64,000 nt of DNA from the NCBI RefSeq assembly GCF_018977255.1, contig NW_024704742.1, positions 48,052,001 through 48,116,000 of the forward strand, read 5' to 3'. The notes beneath the pieces are model-generated. The model was not told the DNA's origin and made no database searches. It worked only from the letters and a program-made list of their open reading frames with translations. Both the position numbers and the translations under genes were made by a program. Shown here piece by piece: positions 59,787-64,000 of this stretch (within the stretch, counting starts at the first letter, position 1; every line of letters begins with the position of its first letter). The DNA comes from Callorhinchus milii. Taxonomy: Eukaryota.

Positions 59787-60100
59787 ATAATAATAATAAT
59801 TCTTGCATTTAATATAGCGCCTTATCACGTCTTCAAGACTTCTCAAAGCGCTTCACAGAATATACAGTAAAGTGAATTAACTTTACAGTAATTAAAGTGT
59901 ATATTTTGTGGGCAAAATGTGGCAGACAATTGTGCACAACAGTGTCCAAAACAGTTGTGGATTGAGTGACCAATTTCTTATATGTGTTTTTGAAGGAATT
60001 ATTATCCCCGGAAAAGCGATCCGCCAATCGACTAACAACAGGGTTCCTACTTACTGCTAGGTAAACAGAGCCGTGGGGGGTAAGGAAACTTGCCCAACAT
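59787..60100 (-). mobile_element. tRNA-derived SINE, long form, head truncated
   Basis: Contains ccaatcgactaacaacagggttcctacttactgctaggtaaacagag. Confidence 0.85.
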
Positions 60101-61289
60101 ATACCATTTAATTTAGATTGCTTGTTAGATGCTTATAACCATATCTTAATTAAAGAGTTCCCAATTATATCAGCCGTCACACTTTGGGTCGATACACAAG
60201 TAAGCATTTGTGCTTATAATAATAATAATAACAATAATCCTTCCATTTGATTTAGCACTGTATCACACGCTCAAAGCGCTTTACAGGATACATTGTAAAG
60301 TTGTGTGACTATGTATATTTTGTGAGCAAACATTTGATGAAGTAAGGAGATTTTCAGGGAATCAATTTTAGTTTAAAATTGTTTATTAGGTACATAAGAA
60401 CAGGAATCTTTGCTTTGTGTAACAACAAATTGTATTTGTATATGAGGGCACTGACAGATAGTGGGAATGTAATTGCTGCAGAGATACGCCCTGAGTTGTG
60501 TAAATAGGTTACAACATATGTGGTGGTTGAATTAGGATTGTGTATTATCTTGTGGTACTTTTTAACAGCACTAGGCTGATAATGAAGTGCAGCACTGGGG
60601 GAGTGGGAGAGGGCGAGAGGACAGGGAAAAGAAACTTGGTCTTTGCTTGACTCCTATTCTCCCACTTGGGAAGAGTCTGGTATTCATATTATATTCTTCC
60701 AGTCCACTCTTAGGAAATCATCTTGAGCAGGCAAGACAGAAGGATTGAGACAGGGAGTTCCCAAAGTTTGGGATGAAGGCACGGTCACCAATGTTGGAGC
60801 CAAGGGGTGGGAGGATATGTAGAAGGTCCAAACTGACCGAGGGAGGGGATTGGAGTGGAGTGGAGGAGTGGAATGTGAGCAGGTTGGAGAGGTGGGGAAG
60901 TGTCAAGGCATGAAGCGATTTTTCGGTGACGATTAAGAAATCGGTCTATTCTGCGAAAAGGAGCCAATGGCGCTTGTTTTCATTCATGTTTTGAAACTCA
61001 GCAATTTCACATTGCAGACCTGCCTTTATTAGAATTGCAACAAGTTATTGCCTAATATAAATTGTTGCGTATTATTAACCACTACACTTCACCATAATAT
61101 CCAGCTCTAGTTTCACATTGGTAGCTCGAATCTGTCCAGCTCGATTCTGTCTATTCTCAATCCATTTCTGGCTAGACAGATTTTGAAACAATTTTCAGAT
61201 GAGAATCTTTATGTTAAAAAAACTCATAATATATTAGATTATACAAGTCCAGATTTTACATTAACACAGCAATAACAATTAAAAAACTG

Positions 61290-61397
61290 AAGTGACTGGG
61301 AACACTCAGCAGGTCAGGCAGCATCTATGGAGAAGGAAAGTGAGTCAACGTTTCGGGTCCAGTTCTGACGAAGAGTCGTGGATCCGAAAAATTGACT
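61290..61397. mobile_element. 108-bp Penelope-like fragment with hammerhead-like core
   Basis: 14-bp direct repeat CAATTAAAAAACTG (61276-61289, 61398-61411); actcagcaggtcaggcagcatct motif; CTGACGA...GAAA at 61365-61389. Confidence 0.7.
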
Positions 61398-61489
61398 CAA
61401 TTAAAAAACTGTGTTTTTGATGAATTGATAATAAACAGTATAATTTTAAAAAGACTTTGAGCCTATTCAGTTTAGTATGCTTTAATATG

Positions 61490-61803
61490 CTTTAGTGTCC
61501 TGGTCTCATCCTCTCTTCTGCCAACCTCGTTTGCATCGCTGCAGATCATCCAGAACTCTGCAGCTCGTGTACTCTCCCGCACTAGGCTCCGTGACCCTAT
61601 CACCTCCATCCTCACCCGACTCCACTGGCTTCCCATCACACAGAGGATACAGTTCAAGATCCTGGTCCTCACCTTCAAAGCCCTCCATGGCCTCGCTTCC
61701 CGCTACTGCTGTGACCTCCTAACCCCCTACCAACCTGCCTGATCCCTCGACTCAGCGGGCTCCGGCCTGCTTCATGTCTCCCGCCTTGCCCGTCCCACTA
61801 TTG
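61490..61803 (+). mobile_element. L2 ORF2 3' fragment
   Basis: [15 protein letters not shown]...LHWLP-type coding. Confidence 0.85.
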
Positions 61804-62094
61804 CTTAAAAATGAATTAGGGCTCAAACCGCCACCTTCAAAATCCTCTTAGAAGAGCACCTGTTTTGAACAAGAACTCTCTTAAAACACCTCCAAGCCTT
61901 TGTCTTATGTGCTTTGACTGTTACTGCACAAATACAGGCTTCACATGAGAAACATTCAACATTTCTGCTCTTCCAAAATATGGAAATCCAATATTGTCTA
62001 TGACCTGGGAATACAATTTTTGATCCGTTTCTTGTGATCATGAGAAATTCACAAAGATCATGTTCGTACGAACCAGATCATCCAGCCCATTTAG

Positions 62095-62425
62095 AATAAC
62101 AATAATAAAGATGTAGCGCTTTTCACATCTTCTAGACGTCTCAAAGCGCTTCACAGAATATACTGCAAAGTGAATTGACTGTATATTTGTGAGTGAAACG
62201 CGGCAGCCAATTGCACACAGCAGCGTCCCACAAAGAGTCGTGGATTGAGTGACCAAATTATTGTTTATTTATTTTTTCTTGAGGGATTATTATTAGGCGT
62301 GTGGCGTAAGGAAACTTGCCCAAGGTTTCGCCCTGCCTGGGATCGAACCCAGGTCTCTCGCATGTGAGAAGTCTGGAAGACGTGAAAAGCACTGTATCAA
62401 ATGCAAGGATTATTATTATATTATT
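62095..62425 (-). mobile_element. Short-form SINE (minus) joined to a plus-strand SINE tail
   Basis: Minus copy 62095-62365; plus tail gaagacgtgaaaagcact...ggattattatt ~62370-62425. Confidence 0.85.
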
Positions 62426-62649
62426 ATTTAAAATGTTATGTACCTCTAATAAGCTTTCCTCTAAGACATCTCCTTTCACGACTGAAGAGCCCTGGCTCGT
62501 CTAATTCATCTCATAATTTGTCTAATTTTGGCTAAATTGATAATTATCAAAAGGGCTGTGTTATGAAATGCTGTAAAATACATCCAGTGGGAGGAACCAA
62601 GAAACCGAACAGTACATTAAGGATGTGATTGTATATTTAGATTTGTTAA

Positions 62650-62910
62650 TGTACACTCAGGAAGGTGATATAAGAGTTGACTCCAGGAGCATGTATGGAA
62701 CTCGCTACTCCAAAGGGCTGTTGACGCTCAGTCCTTGAACATATTCAAGACTGAGATAGATAGATCTCTTATTGTAAAAGGTATTAAGGGATATGGGGAT
62801 AAGGCAGGGATAGGTTATTAGCTGGAGTTAGATTAGAAGATCAGCCATGATTGAATGGCGGGGCAGGCTCGAAGGGCCGAATGGCCTACTCCTGCTTCTA
62901 TATGTTATGA
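62650..62910 (+). mobile_element. CR1 3' fragment
   Basis: tggaactcgctactccaaagggctgttgacgc...attcaagactgagatagatag...gggccgaatggcctactcctgct. Confidence 0.88.
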
Positions 62911-63764
62911 GACAAAATGGCGTTTATAATGCATATGTTTTTTACATTAATATCGAGAAGAACTACTGGGACTAGTCTGGGTGCAATATTTTATCTTTAC
63001 AAAAAAATCTAAAAGCATACAAAAACGACTCTTCCAAACCGAAGCAACCTACAAGTCTTGATAGGGATGATGAACACACCTTATGAACATTCTTTAGTTA
63101 TGTTATTTGTTGGGTACAACTTGAACTGTGTACTTGCACACTTATGAGGTGATGTTGCTTTGGGGCCTATTGCTAGTGATTATTTATACCTTTGCAGGAT
63201 ATGAGATGTAATATTCTGAACAAAATTTGTAAATATTTGATTTGCAAAATAAAAAATACAGTATGACTTGGTAAGACAAGGATGGTGAGAAATGTATTAC
63301 TTCTTTTTTAGAAATTGAATCTTTGAGCTAAATGGAAATGAGGAAAAAGCCCCGGAACATATCAGTAACATCCTCAGTCACTCCTCCACACGACAGTGCT
63401 GATAACCACAGCCTTTTTTTCTAACGGCTGAAAGTTGCAGCATGATCACAGCACAATGACACATCGATGCTCTGTAGCAATGTTGGGAATATGACTAATA
63501 ATTTATTCAGGCACAACGTAGCTCATTATTGTACCAGAATTCGCAGAAAAATAGTAAATCAAGACTGTGATTACACTTTGGAAACAAAATTATTCCAAGT
63601 TACAGTACATTCAGTACTTACAACCTACTATGAAGTTCTTTGAGACGTTTCAACATGATCATTTCAAATTCAAAGATTATTGTTAATTTTGTGAACTGTA
63701 ATAAGGACAGCTCCGTTCACATTGTCCCAAGGGAGGGAATTGGCCAGACTTAGGTTTATAAAAA

Positions 63765-64000
63765 TATTCCTTCCATTTGATATAGCGCCTTATCACGTCT
63801 TCTAGATGTCTCAAAGTGCTTCACAGGATATACTGTAAAGGGAACTGACTACATTTTGAGGGTGAAGCTCAGCAGCCAATTGTGCGCAGCAGTGTTATAC
63901 AAACAGTTGTGGATTGAGTGTCCAAACTATTATCATTATTTCATTTATTTATTTTTGAAGGGCTTATTACCCCCAGAGAGCAATCTGCCAATCGACTAAT
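63765..64000 (-). mobile_element. tRNA-derived SINE, long form, runs off the window
   Basis: Tail, Deu-like core, gcaatctgccaatcgactaa. Confidence 0.85.

Noticed and set aside
34400..64000. A second host protein-coding gene
   Set aside because: All listed ORFs are short and repeat-derived or featureless; no GTPase or other domain motifs recognised

Overview
Repeat-rich vertebrate genomic DNA. The SINE/L2/CR1 repertoire points to a cartilaginous fish, probably a chimaera (inference). The first half holds one complete + strand gene, N4BP2. I traced 16 coding exons (2351-29328) through GT-AG sites with consistent phases, giving a 5730-nt CDS (1909 aa) with an N-terminal CUE-like domain, P-loop kinase (GLPGSGKST), further CUE-like segments, DUF1771 and an Smr nuclease. 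It has a CpG-island promoter and a ~2.2-kb C-rich satellite in intron 1. The second half has no recognisable host CDS and consists of tRNA-head and Deu-type SINEs, L2 and CR1 fragments, a composite LTR element, a tiny Penelope-like insertion and a repeat-poor candidate promoter. Best leads: (1) a 1417-bp LTR element with 4-bp TSD that holds a second LTR end and a perfect tRNA-Ser primer-binding site inside it; (2) a PAM2-like motif in N4BP2; (3) a ~3.1-kb L2 inserted at +9 of a splice donor; (4) an unclassified repeat forming an inverted pair around exons 9-11; (5) a 108-bp hammerhead-bearing insertion with a 14-bp TSD. All family names come from recalled motifs, not database searches, and nothing here proves a wholly new system.
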